A stretch of 63,997 bases of DNA, filler included, from Ionaspis alba (lineage: Eukaryota): the NCBI GenBank assembly GCA_964255285.1. It is 4 parts of 4 records of this genome, joined end to end, with 100 filler letters (N's around TTAATTAATTAA, not from the genome) between each part and the next. Parts side by side here need not be neighbours in the genome. Positions count along the whole stretch, not along the records: positions 34,059 to 50,953 come from CAXUUL010000333.1; positions 51,054 to 63,997 come from CAXUUL010000482.1; 2 more parts are not named here. One strand, written 5' to 3'. Under the pieces are notes generated by a model, which saw nothing but the letters and a program-made list of their open reading frames with translations, did no database searches and was not told where the DNA came from. Position numbers and translations under genes: made by a program. This document shows positions 38,826 through 52,992 of the stretch, in pieces. Every line of letters begins with the position of its first letter. Position 1 is the stretch's first letter.

Positions 38826-41256
38826 ATGGCCGCGAAGCTTGCCGACAACAAGACTGAATCCGCGATTCGATTTGCCCGTCAAGCGGAGCAATTGAGCCTG
38901 TTACCACGAAATGGAGGGGACGAAGACTTCGAGGGAACAACCGCTGTCAAAGCGCAATTCATAACCCCCCAAGATCCTGTCATCGAGACCGCTAATGGAG
39001 GCCGTCTTCCTGCCGTGCCTTTAGCCGAAGCCCACAAGCTCAATGCATTGAAGGATGAAGTCGAGGGCAAAGACTCGAGCAGAAACAGAGCAGCCTCTGT
39101 TCGCCTCGGACAGCAGAATCCCGTCATAGACGCCAAAAATGGCGAGCCTGTTCTCAAAAACAAAGCTCTCAAGGGGATCTTTCGATCGAAGGGAGGTGAA
39201 AAAGTCGCTACAGAAGAAGGAGAAACCTCGCTACGAACTCAAATACCTCCATCCCGCACAAACCCACTATTTCCACAATTACCCCTCTATGGACCACCGA
39301 CATTATTACGCAACATCCACTGCGGCGTTTTCCGCTGCTCATCATTCTTCCTATCATTAACATTCTTAGGCGTCATTGTCCTCGGTTCAGCATTCACCAG
39401 TATCCCATTAATGTTCCGGCACATCGGTCTTCGGCTCACCTTCCGTGACCCCAACGCCAGACGACCATTCTACCAGGAGGAGAAGGAGCGGAAGAAGGCG
39501 AGGAAGGAGGCGAACAAAGCCTGGAAGAACAAGCAGCGGCGGAGAAATAGCATTGTGAAGGCTGGAGGAAACGATCAAGAGGAGGATGCCGGGTATGTGG
39601 AGGAGTATATACCGACGGAAGGAGGCAAAGACCCGTTGATTTGTGACGTCGGGTACTACGCGAGAAGGGTTGGATTGGACGTTGAGGAGTTCAAGGTTCA
39701 GACTGAGGATGGATTTATTATTACCCTTTGGCATGTCTACAATCCTAAGGAATACACGCCTGTGTCGGATGAGAAACGGCGGCAGCGCAGCTCAGAGGTG
39801 TTCCCGGACGAACAAAGTGCGCAAGGCTATATGTATGGGGCTTCTGGCTCGCAATTCGAGAAGGGACGTCGGAAATATCCTGTTTTGATGGTTCATGGCT
39901 TGCTTCAGAGTGCGGGAGCTTATTGTACGAATGATGATGACAGTTTAGCGTTCTTTCTTTGCAAGAGGTAAGACCTTCTTCTTCGATGGCTTTTAGTCAG
40001 TGCTGACTATTTTCTAGTGGTTATGATGTATGGCTGGGTAACAACAGATGCGGCTTCGAACCCCGGCATCAAATGCTCAAATACTCCGATCCACGAATGT
40101 GGGCATGGAACATCCGTCAGATGGGAGTCATGGATCTTCCGGCTCTGATCTCACGTGTGCTATCCGAGACTGGTTTCGAGAAGCTCGGTCTGATCTGCCA
40201 CTCACAAGGTACCACAGAAACATTCGTTGCGTTGGCCAAAGAGCAACGGCCGGATCTCGGGAACAAGATCAGTGTCTTCTGCGCGCTGGCTCCTGCTGTT
40301 TATGCTGGTCCACTAATTGGGAAGATGTATTTCAAATTTATGCGCGTCATCTCACCAGGCATGTTTCGAATATTCTTTGGCATTCATGCCTTTATTCCAT
40401 TCATGATGACTATGCATTCGCTCTTACCAGGCAAGCTGTACGGTGCGCTAGGGTACAGAGTCTTCTCCTTTCTGTTCAACTGGACAGANNNNNNNNNNNN
40501 NNNNNNNNNNNNNNNNNNNNNNNNNNNNNNNNNNNNNNNNNNNNNNNNNNNNNNNNNNNNNNNNNNNNNNNNNNNNNNNNNNNNNNNNAGCTGTACGGTG
40601 CGCTAGGGTACAGAGTCTTCTCCTTTCTGTTCAACTGGACAGACGATCGATGGGATCAGGGTCTGAGGGATAGGATGTTTCAATTCGCCCCCGTCTATGT
40701 CAGTGCAGAGAGTATGAGGTATGTGAAATCCTCGCGATCCATCTACGATATAGTGGAGTTTCTAACATCGCTTTGTAGATGGTGGCTTGGCCGCGAATGC
40801 TTTGCAAAGCACAAATGCATTCTAGCCACTCGAGAAGAAGGCAAGCAAGAGGACGCAGAAGACGAAGACGACAACGGCAACGACAGTCATGGCCAGCTAA
40901 ATGCAGACGCTGCCACAGAGAAAGACCTGAAGAACAAGCGCGGCCGACTAGCCTGGTACGACGAGCAGGCTCCGCCCATGGCATTATGGATAGCTGGGTC
41001 GGATGAGCTCGTTGATGGGCGCAGACTTTTGCGGAGATTCGAAAGAGGACGGGAACCGCATGTACGCATTGTGCATTCCAAAGTCATAGAGGAGTATGAG
41101 CATTTAGATGTCATCTGGGCTATGGACATGATAGAGAAGGTTGGAAAAGAGGTTCGGGATGTTATTTGGAAAACGGTATCAGTGGAGGCGAGGGAGACTT
41201 GTAGGATACCCAAGGGTTGCGAGGAGCTTGGTGATTTGGATGTTGGGAGTGTTTAG
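38826..41256 (+). CDS. AB-hydrolase lipase / steryl ester hydrolase (Yeh1/Yeh2/Tgl1-like)
   Basis: VQTEDGFII, VHGLLQSAG, GYDVWLGNNR, nucleophile elbow CHSQGT, GSDELVD and YEHLDVIWA. Two introns. The gap 40489-40588 is a duplicated overlap, so the frame is intact once collapsed. Confidence 0.92.
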
Positions 41257-42097
41257 ACCGGTTGACACCGTTTTCTTGGATACATGGAGGTTCAGGCGGA
41301 ATGCTGTTGGAGTACAATGGACATGGATGTACATAGAACAAGCCGATACATAGAGCCGGCAGTCGCCACGTTCCTGAATGTCGATATAACTCGCCTATCA
41401 AATTCTAATTCCCGTCTGGATAACCCGGTCTTCCCACAATCTATCCAGATGTGGCAAGTCCACGCGTGCTCCCGGAGCGCGGCACACACGGGGAAGGTTG
41501 GGGGAGTGGTTTTCGGGGGCATGGGTGCCTCGAGCCCCCAAACTATAGGTAGCAGTCCGCTAAGAAGGCACTCGAATAGCTGTTAGTCGAGTTCGTTGCG
41601 CGTGCCGCTTTTCTTCTCGAACTCCTCGCCTAGCAATCCTATATCTCCTAGCGAACTCTTATCACATCTTCCCCCGCTCCGATTCGATTAGTCCGAGAAA
41701 CGTCCCGAGCAACATCCCTCAAAGCCTCCAATATGCATCAAGGAGAGCACACCACCTCCACCAATGGCGTCCACTCAGAAAATCGTGTCCACACTCGCCT
41801 TCATGGATCCCGGTACCGTTCCCAGAGATAAGCGTATGCGTGACCAGGGCTGAGCTTGCCTCGAACAGGCTCTCGAATTCATATCGCCCGCAATGCCCGT
41901 TATCTCCCCTCAATGGAATGCAGGTCGATCTCTCCATGCACGTCTGATCACGATGCCGTGTGCCATACCTGTGTACATCTACGACCTCGACCCCACTTCC
42001 ATTGAATTTGGACCTCCGCGACGCTGCTGGAAAGCAGCTACTGTGAGACACCTATTCTCAGCGCTTGCGCACTGTCAATTAAGGCCGAAACGTAACC

Positions 42098-44227
42098 ATG
42101 AGTGCTGTCCATGGCCACAAGAAATCCGTGGCGGAGGAGCCCGTCACCTCTATTTTGACGGGCGGAGAGATCCCGATCTATGAGCGCGAACTCACGGCCG
42201 ATGAGGAGGTGCTGGCAGCTTTGGGTTACAAGCCTGAGTTTAAGCGCGAGTTTTCGTTATGGGTAGGTCCTTATGGAGGACCACAACTCGGTATATGAGT
42301 ACGATCTGACTTTTTGGTTACAGACAACTTTCTGTGTCTCCTTCGCTGTGCTCGGACTTCTGCCTTCCTTTGCGGCGACGTTGTACTATGGCATGGGATA
42401 TGCGGGGACGGCCGGGATGGTATGGGGATGGTTGATTGCTATGATATTCATCCAATGCGTTGCTATGAGTGAGTCATCCAGAAGGGCGCCTCCTTGGCAT
42501 ATCAACAAGCTGATTGTCTTTCACTTCTAGGCATGGCAGAGCTCTGCTCGTCGATGCCTACCAGCGGAGGTCTCTACTACGCATCCGCGGTTCTTGCGCC
42601 TCCCGGCTGGGGTCCTCTTGCAGCGTGGATAACTGGTTGGAGTAACTGGCTCGCTCAAGTGACTGCGGCGCCCTCCGTCAATTACGCATGTAAGCAACTT
42701 AAGCTTCCTGCTTCTACAGACGCCACCTTTGATTGACGCCTCTAGTGGCTGCAATGATACTGGCGGGTGCTTCGATCACCAACCCGGACTACGTCCCGCA
42801 ACCATATCAAGTCTTTCTCCTCACCACTTTCATCATGATAATCCACAGCTTCATCAGCAGCATGCCCACCCGCTGGATTGCCAACTTCAATTCTGTCGGC
42901 TCAACACTGAATATTATCTTTCTGGTCATCGTCATAATCATTATTCCGGCCGGCACCAACCGCCAAGACCAAAACTTGCCTAAATTCACCCCTTCTGCTG
43001 ATATTTGGGGAACCATATACAACGGGACTGATTTCCCGGATGGGGTCGCAATTCTCATGTCGTTCATTAGTATAATCTACGCAATGTCTGGGTTTGATTC
43101 GGCATTCCACCTCAGTGAAGAGGTTCGTTCACCTTACTCCTTCAGATCCAGGTTTGGACTTTCCCTCGATTTTTAGCAATTTTGGAAGTCTTTGTTGACA
43201 TTTCTTGGCACTTTTAGTGCTCCAACGCTAACATCGCGAGCCCTCGCGCTATTGTCCTTACCGCGGGTATTGGAGGTGTCTTCGGATGGTTCTTACAGCT
43301 CGTCGTAGCTTACACCGTCATTGACATTCCCTCTGTCATTTCGTCCGACCTTGGCCAACCTTGGGCTGCCTACCTCCTTCAGGTCATGCCACAGAACATT
43401 GCGCTGGCTGTACTCGCTCTTACGATCACCTGCGCCTTCTCAATGGGTCAAGGATGCATGGTAGCAGCGTCTCGAGTGACGTTTGCCTACGCTCGTGATG
43501 ACTGCTTTCCTTGCTCGTGGTGGATCAAGCGCGTCAACAAGCATACGGTGACACCTGTAAATGCTGTATGGTTCAACACAGTCATCGGCATTCTAACAAC
43601 GTTACTGATATTTGGAGGCCCCGTCGCTATTGGTGCCATCTTCTCCATTGGAGCGTTAGCTGCTTTCGTTGCTTTCACTATCCCTATCTTCATTAGGGTT
43701 TTCTTTGTCGGCAATCGCTTCAGACCTGGACCTTGGAATCTTGGTAAAATGAGTATTCCGATTGGTGCTGCGGCGTGCGCTTTTGTTATGCTCATGGTGC
43801 CGATATTGTGCTTACCTGCTGGCATCGGTGATAACCTTACGTAAGTCCCCTATCCATTTCTAACGTCATTTACATCCCCTGTCCTCGTCACATGCCACGC
43901 ACGAGGCGATCTTCGTTGCATCCGTCAAATCAGACGTTTCTGGCTCGAGTTCCCCTTTATCTACTGTGAGCTTCGACTGACCAACATCTCAGCCCAACGT
44001 CAATGAATTGGACCTGCCTTGTCTATGGTGGTCCGATGACTGCCATCCTGATCTGGTGGCTATTGGACGCGCGGAAGTGGTTCAAAGGTCCCAAAGTCAA
44101 CATCGAGCACGCGATGCTGGGACGGGAAGAGAACGTTATCGAAGCGAAGGGGGACGAGAGTGGTGGGTCTAGTACGCATAGCATCACAAGGGAGAGAGCG
44201 GATACCAAGGCTGCTGGTTTGGCTTGA
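42098..44227 (+). CDS. APC-superfamily amino acid/GABA/polyamine permease (Uga4/Tpo5-like, 6 exons)
   Basis: LAALGYKPEFKREFS, MAELCSSMPTSGGLYY, GFDSAFHLSEECSNA and ASRVTFAYARD, with many TM segments and five GT-AG introns. Confidence 0.93.
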
Positions 44228-45108
44228 ATTGATACTTGACATGTTGAGCTTGGACTTTAGTGTTTCATCCCATTAGTGGTCAGCCTCATTGATCATTTGG
44301 AAATGCTGTAAGGTTACGCTGTGATAGATGGAACAGTCCACTTTGAGCAATGATCCAGTTCTAATTCTCACAGATTATTCACTAAGAGTAATAACAGGGA
44401 GTGCCAATTCGACAGCTCTTGCATGGCGATCCGTGATAGGATGTGGAAGGACGATTGTGTATCGGAAGAGCTCCGTGTGTTTCTATCATCAAAGGGCCGA
44501 CTAGCTATCAGACTGGGAGGTTTCCGTTTAGCGAATTAGTATCGAGGATCGATATTGATAAACTGATTGGAGTTTGATGAGATGGATTTGATAGCAGTCT
44601 TGGAGATGCCACTGTTCTAACATCATATAAGTTTGACCGTGATACTCGGACTATCTGAGCAATTGATCCATGATTAACCATATGGACTGTCTTCCGCACA
44701 GCGTAGTATAACCCATACCTCACCATCTGATACCGATCATCCTCATGAACAGGTGTTTCACCCCCGGCGCGGGAATGGGTTCTTCCGCCAGGGCCTCGGC
44801 ATGCTGGCCATATTAATTTAAATGGTATACGAACAACCGTTCTACTGTATCGATAGGAATGAAAGGGGAATTACTCCACCGTGTCTTAGGGTCTGCTGTG
44901 TGTCAAGTTGGCTATATTCTTCTTATTTCGGCGGGGCTGAGACCCTTTCTGCGTCCCTGACCGAGAAGAGAAATGGTTGTGCCTCGGCACACGACGTTCC
45001 AATCGCAAGGAGCACGAGCAAACCGAGAAGCTATAAAGTGTGCTCACCTGCAGCAACTTCACCATGAACGGCGCTACTTTGGAGTACTGCTAGAGGCGCT
45101 CTGTACTG

Positions 45109-48100
45109 ATGGAGCATCTACAGTGGGCAAAAGACCACCCGAAACGAAGGCGCAGGAGACTACAGAGGTCACCCATCTCTGGTCGACTGCTTGTGGATGA
45201 TCATGGGACAGGCGACGTTGGCATGATATCGGAGGATCTCTTCTCGGACCTATTCGGTCGCCATTACAGACAGAACAGTGGTCACGAGAACGGCGACACC
45301 TACTATGTCGCGGTAGCACAATGGCGACCACTTTCGACGACGCAACTGGAGGACTCAAGGTGGAGTATTCTGCCGGTCATCGCCCAGACAGAGGACACAG
45401 ATTTGGCAGCCTCCTCGTTACGATTTCCGGCTTCTTCCCCAGCATTACAAGGATTCCTGGCGGACATACATTCTACTGAGAATACCTTAAATTCCAGGTC
45501 AGCGCTTGAGATATTGGTGTTGGATGTACAGCCACTTCCATTGGATACAATCTTTGTCAAGGTCAATGGAGACGCACTTCAAAAACATGAAGAGGTACAA
45601 AAGAGGTTTGGCGGTGGTTTCCATACACCTCAGACGAACGGCCATGTCAGGAAAGGCAAAGAAAGCTCCGCTGGGTCGAGAGACGCAGCGGCGGGAGGTA
45701 GAGAAGAAATCTTGAGATTTGCGATTCGGAGATCGTTCGCAGCTCCGACGGTGGTTCATCGCGGTGATCGCATCCCACTGCCTCTACCTGCTCATCCTAT
45801 CACGCACGTCCCATTTCCTCCTGTTAAGATCACCATGTGCGAGCCAGTAGATCAAGGTGTTATAACCGGGCAGACAAAGATCGTGTTAGATGTGACTTCT
45901 CATGGCCAACAAGCTGGCTATCAACCCGCTATACGTGCGCGAGGAAAAGGCTTGAAGAATCTCGTGGCGGAGGAGGATGATGAGACTTCAGCCGAGCAAT
46001 TCTTTTCTGCTGCCGAGACGGATGAGCGCAGAGGGCTTCATCAAGAGAACGGGCTGACTGATATGATTACGCAAAGCTCGACCTCTGGTAGTTCAGACTC
46101 TGGAGACGACAGTCTTTCCGATGAGTCTGATGACAATATCATATCTTTGAGTGCTCCTGCTCTTCCATTACAATTATCTGGTACCATGTCGTCGTTCGCC
46201 TCTGCTACTCCTCGTGCTTTGGTTTACAGACCCAACGGAATCAGTACTCCTGGATCTGTTTACTCGAACTACACGGCAGCCACAGCACGGCAGGGAGCGA
46301 AAACTTTTGGGAAACCATTTCGTGTTAGTCCACTATTTACTAAGATACCCGATATTGTTCTACATCCACCACCCTCGGACGAAGAGGACGACGAAGCGAG
46401 GGTATTTGTGGACGTGAAAGCTTTAGTCCGACTGGGTTGTTTCTCAGGGGATTGGGTCAAAGTATCAATTGCACCGGCAGCCAATGATACCAAAGAATCC
46501 CTCGCATATGCATTCCGCGATGAAGAACCAGAAGCAGAAAACTTTAGGGTCCTCAAGATTTATGGTCTGTCCGATTCTCCTGCCGAGCTAGGCACCGGAT
46601 ATCATATGAAGGACAAATCGAAGCCACCCATGCCACGAGCTCCGCGATTATCTCCGAAAGCCTATATCTCGCCCGTTCTATTCGCAAACCTTGGTCACCC
46701 GAAACAGGTCTCGATCTGTGCTATGTCACCTTCACAAACCGGAAAAAGATTTGTAAAATCGAAGACTGGAAGCTCTTCCATACCTCCAATCGCTAGGGAG
46801 ATCACTTTACTGAGACTTCCTACTCCTTTGTCGACGGAAAGGATAATACAAGCAGGTCTGCTTGTAGGCCTGAAACAATACTTTGAACGCAGACGTCGCA
46901 TACTGCAGAAAGGAGATCTAGTAGGGATTGCGATTGATGTGGAAGTCAGCAGATTCCTACCAGATACCGCCTCTGCTGACGACCCAGATCATGGTTCCGA
47001 AGAGATTTATACAAGCTGCACTGAGGGCTCCAACTCTAGGAAAGAATCAATCGGTGTGGCTTGGTTCAAAGTTGGGCAAATCCAGGTACCACCACCTGAA
47101 GAGGATGAAGGTCAGGTCTTGGACACCTGGGGTAGATCTGCGTCTATCGAGCCTATGACGACCCGCATGATCCAGGCTGGAAGTGAACACAACTCTGTAC
47201 CTCCAGCAATGGATAATCCTTGGGAATTCTATTTCGGTGTCCGGAATCCCCCAAGATCAATCAACCCCCATCCAAGTATCTTACACTCGGTGGAAATTCT
47301 GCATCCACGGTATGTGCCAACCTTAAGACGGCGCATACGGGAGCTCCTAGCAGCTGCGATGAGTCCACAAGCCCTACATCTTGACATGAAACCCATCGTT
47401 CTTCTTCTACATTCAACTCAAAGAAATATTGGGAAAGCGTCCTTGATTAGTGGCGCTTGTGCTGATCTAGGTATCCACGTATTTCCAATCGATGCATATG
47501 AAATACTCTCTGAGGGCGGTGCTGGTGGAGGAGGAGATGTGAAGACAGAAGCAACGCTCCGAGCCAAGGTTGAACGAGCGCTTACTTGCGGCGCTGAGTA
47601 CACACTACCAGTATTACGACATGCAGAAGCACTCACGGCAGACCGAATTGCATCAGCGCTCAAGGATATGCTCAAGGATCTAAGGGCTCTTGCCATGACA
47701 ACCACTGAGCTTGAGAAAGTACCGGAGAGCGTTCGTAGTCTTGTTACGCATGAGCTCGAAGTCTCAGCGCCTGACGAAGGTGAGAGACAAGGTATCCTGC
47801 AAGGCATCATTGGCGAAAGAAGGATGAGACTTGCTCATGATATCGACCTATCTGCGGTCGCGGTCAAAACAGCGGCTCTCGTTGCGGGAGATCTGATTGA
47901 CGTTGTTGATCGAGCTCTCGTGGCACGACAAGATCGCCTTGAGAAGCTTTCTACCAGAACCAAAGGTTCCTCACAAAGCTCTGAAGGCTGCTTGATACGC
48001 GATATACTTGTCTCTGGAGGCGCAACCGCACAATGTGTTACAAAAGCAGACTTCGATCTTGCTGTCGAGGCAGCACGCAAGAACTTCGCCGACTCTATTG

Positions 48101-49380
48101 GAGCGCCAAAGATTCCGAACGTCAGTTGGGATGATGTAGGTGGGCTTACCAACGTCAAGGATGCGGTCATGGAGACTATCCAGCTACCTCTTGAAAGACC
48201 CGAGCTCTTTGCCAAGGGAATGAAGAAACGAAGTGGCATCTTGTTCTACGGTCCTCCGGGAACTGGCAAGACTTTACTGGCTAAGGCTATCGCTACCGAA
48301 TTCTCTCTCAATTTCTTCTCTGTCAAAGGGCCGGAGCTGTTGAACATGTACATTGGCGAATCGGAGGCGAATGTTCGCCGGGTCTTCCAGCGAGCAAGAG
48401 ATGCAAGACCATGTGTGGTGTTCTTTGATGAACTCGACTCTGTCGCACCCAAAAGAGGTAACCAAGGTGACAGCGGTGGTGTGATGGACCGCATTGTGAG
48501 CCAACTGCTCGCTGAACTTGACGGTATGAGCGATGGAGACGGTGGTGGCGGCGGTGTCTTCGTCATTGGAGCAACGAATCGTCCCGATCTACTCGATCAA
48601 GCTCTTCTGCGGCCTGGTCGATTTGATAAGATGCTATATCTGGGTGTCTCAGACACACACGACAAACAACTTACCATTCTAGAGGCCTTGATACGAAATT
48701 TCACTCTTCATCCGGAGTTGTCCTTACGACGTGTAGCAGAGACTTTGCCGTTCACGTATACTGGAGCTGATCTATACGCCCTATGTTCAGATGCGATGCT
48801 GAAGGCCATCACTAGGCAGGCTTCAGCTGTTGATGCCAAGATCAAAGCTTTACCTGGAGGGCCTGTCACAACAGCATATTTCTTCGATCATCTCGCCACG
48901 CAGGACGATATCGCGGTAATGGTTACGGAGGAGGACTTCCGTGCTGCTCAGCAGGAGTTAGTTGGTAGTGTCAGGTAATGATATATCTCACTCTTATCAT
49001 GGGCAGAACTGATTTCATACAGTGCCAAGGAACTGGAGCACTATCAGCGGGTCCGCAAGACCTTCGAAGCTCCTGAGCAGAAGAGTCCCAGCTTACCAGC
49101 CCCGCCAACACAGAGCAACGAGCAGCACAGCTCCAGACCAAAATTTAAGACCCGGGCGAGTACAAAGGAAAATGTCAAAGGAAAGGGTAAGGCGACGCAG
49201 TGGGAGTCCGAAGATGATGAAGACGACGATGATGCCTACGTGACTAGTAATGATTATGGAACACCGGATCGCTATCGATCAGTAAACGGAAGTGCCAAAG
49301 GGAAAGAAGTGGTCCGGGATCCACAATGGAGCCCTGGGTTTGGCAATCCGGCTCCTGATGATGAAGATCTTTATGGATGA
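45109..49380 (+). CDS. PEX6: Peroxisomal AAA ATPase Pex6
   Basis: IGAPKIPNVSWDDVGGL, GILFYGPPGTGKT, FFDELDS, RGNQGDSGGVMDRIVSQLLAELDG and a degenerate first AAA module. Intron at ~48975-49022. Confidence 0.97.
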
Positions 49381-50304
49381 AAGGATGAGATCACCCTCTA
49401 CAAACATCCATGTCTCGACATACCGAGTGTATATAATGAAGATGTGAGTGAAATCGCGTACTAGCATGCAAAGCGTTTGCTAGCAGCGACATTGTACAAC
49501 TTTGCGTTCTTTCTTCCACTGTTTCACCGAGACAATAAGCTCTTTCGAGAACTTTCATGAAGCCGTTCTACAAAGGACAGCAGATTCGGGGGCTCAAGAC
49601 CCTCCGAAGTACCCAATGATCCCGTGCCAAGACATTCCGCCGGCTAGTCCACTCCCGTGATAAAATCCTTTGTCCTCCGCCAGCAAACTTGATCAGTCTC
49701 CGCTTTGCGCAATACGCTCCTTTGTATCTTCATATCGCAAATACCACAGCAGTGACTTCAGCGATGAAATACGTTCCTCTCTCAAAAATGGAAATCGCCT
49801 TCGAACAATGAATCCCGTGATCCAAACACACCCTCGTGACCACCCATCCGAGACACTGTCCCCACGCGCCCAGCGCACAATACACACTTCCCTTGTACCT
49901 TTCTTTTCGGGCACCCGAGACACGATGGGGGAACAAGGTCGCGCCTGGACCATGTTGCCTGGTGGAGAATGTTCCTGATGCCGGCGGGTGATTTATAGAT
50001 GAGCGTGTGCCTTCCTGGTCGTCATTCGATACTGCGCTTGATGATCGTGCCTGGTGTGCGATTAGATCTGCTTTCCGGCCCTGCTCTGTCTGCTCGTTCT
50101 TCATCTCTTTCGGGCCTACGGTAAAGAGGAAAAAGTATCATTCTATAACTTGTTGCTGCTGTGCTTTGAGTGAGTGAGTGCTCTCCCGCTCGTTCAACCT
50201 ATACATGCAAGCTCTATTCGGCTTTGAGGATCTAAGAAGACTCAGAGCCTGAGCCTCCTGCGAGCCTCTTCTCGTTTTCATACATCCTTCTTCAAGCTAG
50301 CAAA

Positions 50305-50953
50305 ATGTGTGTTCCTTACCTAGTCGTCTCCTCCAAACCAACCCCCAAGCGCGCCTCCACTCCAGTCCCACCTCTTTCAATCCAACGTACCCGCTGTAAC
50401 AGCGACAGCGAAACCTCAACACTCTCCTCTCTTAGCCACCGAACCCGCTGTCGTTCCCGCTCCTCAACCCCACCAACTGCCTCTCGAGCACGAGTAATCT
50501 CAATTTCGCCGAAGGATCGGGGGAGAGGGCGCAAGCGCGACAAGACTGTTGTGTACTCCAAAAAGGAAACACGGCTTTACGACGTCGAGAAGGAGGAGGA
50601 GGAGAAGACGGAGAGGAGGAAGAGTCCGAAGGCAGGAGAGAGGTGTCCGATGCCGGAGGGGGTGAGATATGCTAGTGGTGGGGAGGAGAAATGGGGGGAT
50701 TGGGCGAGAGCTATGATGGCCTTGGAGAGAGAACGGGAGCGAGAAAGGGAAAAGGAAAAGGAAAAATGCAAAGAAAAGGCACCGAAGCCGGAGGTGGCGA
50801 AGGAAAAGGAGAAGGAGAAGGAAGAGAAGAAAGAGCCGGAGTGCAAGCGGCGGCCGAGAAGGTGCTCTGACGCTTCGGATGTCTCGATGAGGAGTTTCCG
50901 CGGACTGAAGAGGAAGGTCAGTGGATTGTTTGAGAAGGTGAGGTGGGTAGAGG
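50305..50953 (+). CDS. Hypothetical low-complexity protein (Ser/Arg-rich then Glu/Lys-rich), truncated at scaffold end
   Basis: ATG in AAAATG context after a CT-rich leader, open for >216 codons to the linker. No recognisable domain. Confidence 0.55.
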
Positions 50954-51053
50954 NNNNNNNNNNNNNNNNNNNNNNNNNNNNNNNNNNNNNNNNNNNNTTA
51001 ATTAATTAANNNNNNNNNNNNNNNNNNNNNNNNNNNNNNNNNNNNNNNNNNNN
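50954..51053. other. Artificial scaffold linker
   Basis: 44N + TTAATTAATTAA (50998-51009) + 44N. Confidence 0.97.
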
Positions 51054-51061
51054 CCTTGCAG

Positions 51062-51608
51062 ACCCGCCTAGCCTACTCTCGAACATGGCATCACATCTCA
51101 CTCTCCTCCCCCAGCACTCCTCCTCTCGGCCGCCTTGCCTCCCGCATCGCCATCTTGCTAATGGGCAAGCATAAACCAATCTGGGACCCCTCGACGGACT
51201 GCGGCGATTACGTGGTAGCGACTTCGTGTACGGATATGTTCGTTACAGGCAAAAAGATGCAACTAAAGAAATACTACCGACATTCAACGCGGCCAGGGAG
51301 TTTAAAGGAGATCAACATGGAGGGCTTGATGCGGAAATGGGGCGGTGGTGAGGTGTTGAAGAAGGCGGTTAGAGGGATGCTGCCGAAGAACCGATTGAGG
51401 GATAAGAGGCTCGAAAGATTAAAGGGTTAGTCTTTGAAACCTTAGGATGGTAGGTTGGTCGAAGAAGCCAGCTGATAAGTTTGTTTCTACAGTCTTTGAG
51501 GGTGCCGCTCATCCTTACAAGGATAATCTGCTCAAGGTCGATGGGAGGACGCGGATTGTGGGTCTTCCGGAGGTGAGAACGGAGATGGCAAGGGCGACAG
51601 TGGTGTAA
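51062..51608 (+). CDS. MRPL23: Mitochondrial ribosomal protein uL13m (5' exon missing)
   Basis: Acceptor TTGCAG, then TRLAYSRTWH...LGRLASRIAILLMGKHKPIWDPSTDCGDYVV...AVRGMLPKNRLR..RLERLK|VFEGAAHPY. Intron at ~51425-51492. Confidence 0.95.
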
Positions 51609-51825
51609 GACATACGGTGGTGTGGATTCGGCGGTCGTGGTTCAAGCGCATTATCACGGACCAGGAAGCACTGCATTTAAAACGGAGTTGGGAATACTGT
51701 ATATGCTACAAAGCTACAAGGGAGGGATATTGAACCATCTTTATAAGACAGAAACTTTCAAGGTTGACAATGCAGATACACGACATAGGGTTGCTCACAC
51801 TTCGCCTCTTCCCACATCCTCCAAT

Positions 51826-52829
51826 TCACTTTGCCGATCTCGTTACAGTACACTCGATGAGACCATTAGGATTCGATTGAGGTGCATAGACCTCAGCATC
51901 TTTGCCCGTGTTCTTCAGACCTTTGTGCCAGCTCAGATCTGCGTCCACGTTAGCGGTGTTTGTGTGGGGGGAGAAAAAATCAAGGAGCTTACCGATCTCG
52001 AAATAGTGTTTATTAGGAAGTGAGTAGTCGACCGCCTCGACAGCGGGCTGTGCAGTCAAGATCTGGTCACACATCTTGTACATGGTATTTTGTACACTGG
52101 CGCTGCTATCCGTGGCAAAGGTCTGAAGAGTGATCTCTCTCGCAGCCTTCCAGGTCTCGTCGAATTTTGGCACTGAAGCTTCCACATCCTGGATCTTGTC
52201 GAACGTCTTCCAGGCCCATCCACAATCCACTTCCGTGCTCAGAATTCGATCATTGGTTTCCTGCAAAATCGTATACTCATCCTTGTTGAACCCATGGAAA
52301 GCAGAACCGGTACTCTTCAGGACCAGCAGTCCGGAAATGCTTGACCGAATCGAAATTCCCTTGCCCTCCCTCGAAACGGCCTGGACTTGTCGAGTCTCCG
52401 CACCATCCCGCATGAAGGAGTGCGGATGGGGTTCTCCATCTACCGTCATTCGAGTCCATCTATGCTGTATGACCTTGACATGTGCGGCGTGGATGTGCTT
52501 GTAGGTGTCGGTGAAATGAACTGCCATGATGGACGCGAAGAGCTCAGGTGGGTTCACGGGGTGTTGCTTTGCCATGATATAGGTAGTTTGCTTCATGGTG
52601 TCTGTAGGCACCACGACGCTGTTGTCGGCTTCCGTGTAGCTAATGAAAGTCAATTCATGCCAGCTCTCTGGGGAACAAACAGCATCACCTACGATGTTTC
52701 GATGTCACCCTCGAGTAACACACATACAGTCATCTCTGTAACAGACTGAACACCAGTCTTCTCATCTTTGTGCACTTTGTACACTCGGATGTTATCTTTG
52801 CCATAACGGGCAGCTGACAATTGAGGCAT
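51826..52829 (-). CDS. uaZ: Urate oxidase (uricase)
   Basis: MPQLSAARYGKDNIRV...SYTEADNSVVVPTDTMKQT, LKSTGSAF, DRILST, SASVQNTMY, LPNKHYFEIDL and PNGLI. Two introns, the second an in-frame 54-nt intron. Confidence 0.97.
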
Positions 52830-52992
52830 AATGATGGATAAATTGAAGAATAAATATGTAGACAGCGGAGTGCAATACTAGAGTGGCAGAGCTGTAGATG
52901 CTACTGAGGAAAAAGCAAGCAGTACGAGAGGAGATTAGAAGACGAATTCCATGTCTAAAATTGGAGCTATACCACCTTCTTATATCATTTGC

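Noticed and set aside
17714..52829. Apparent peroxisome cluster (Pex23/24-like, PEX6, uricase)
   Set aside because: The three genes lie on different concatenated scaffolds.
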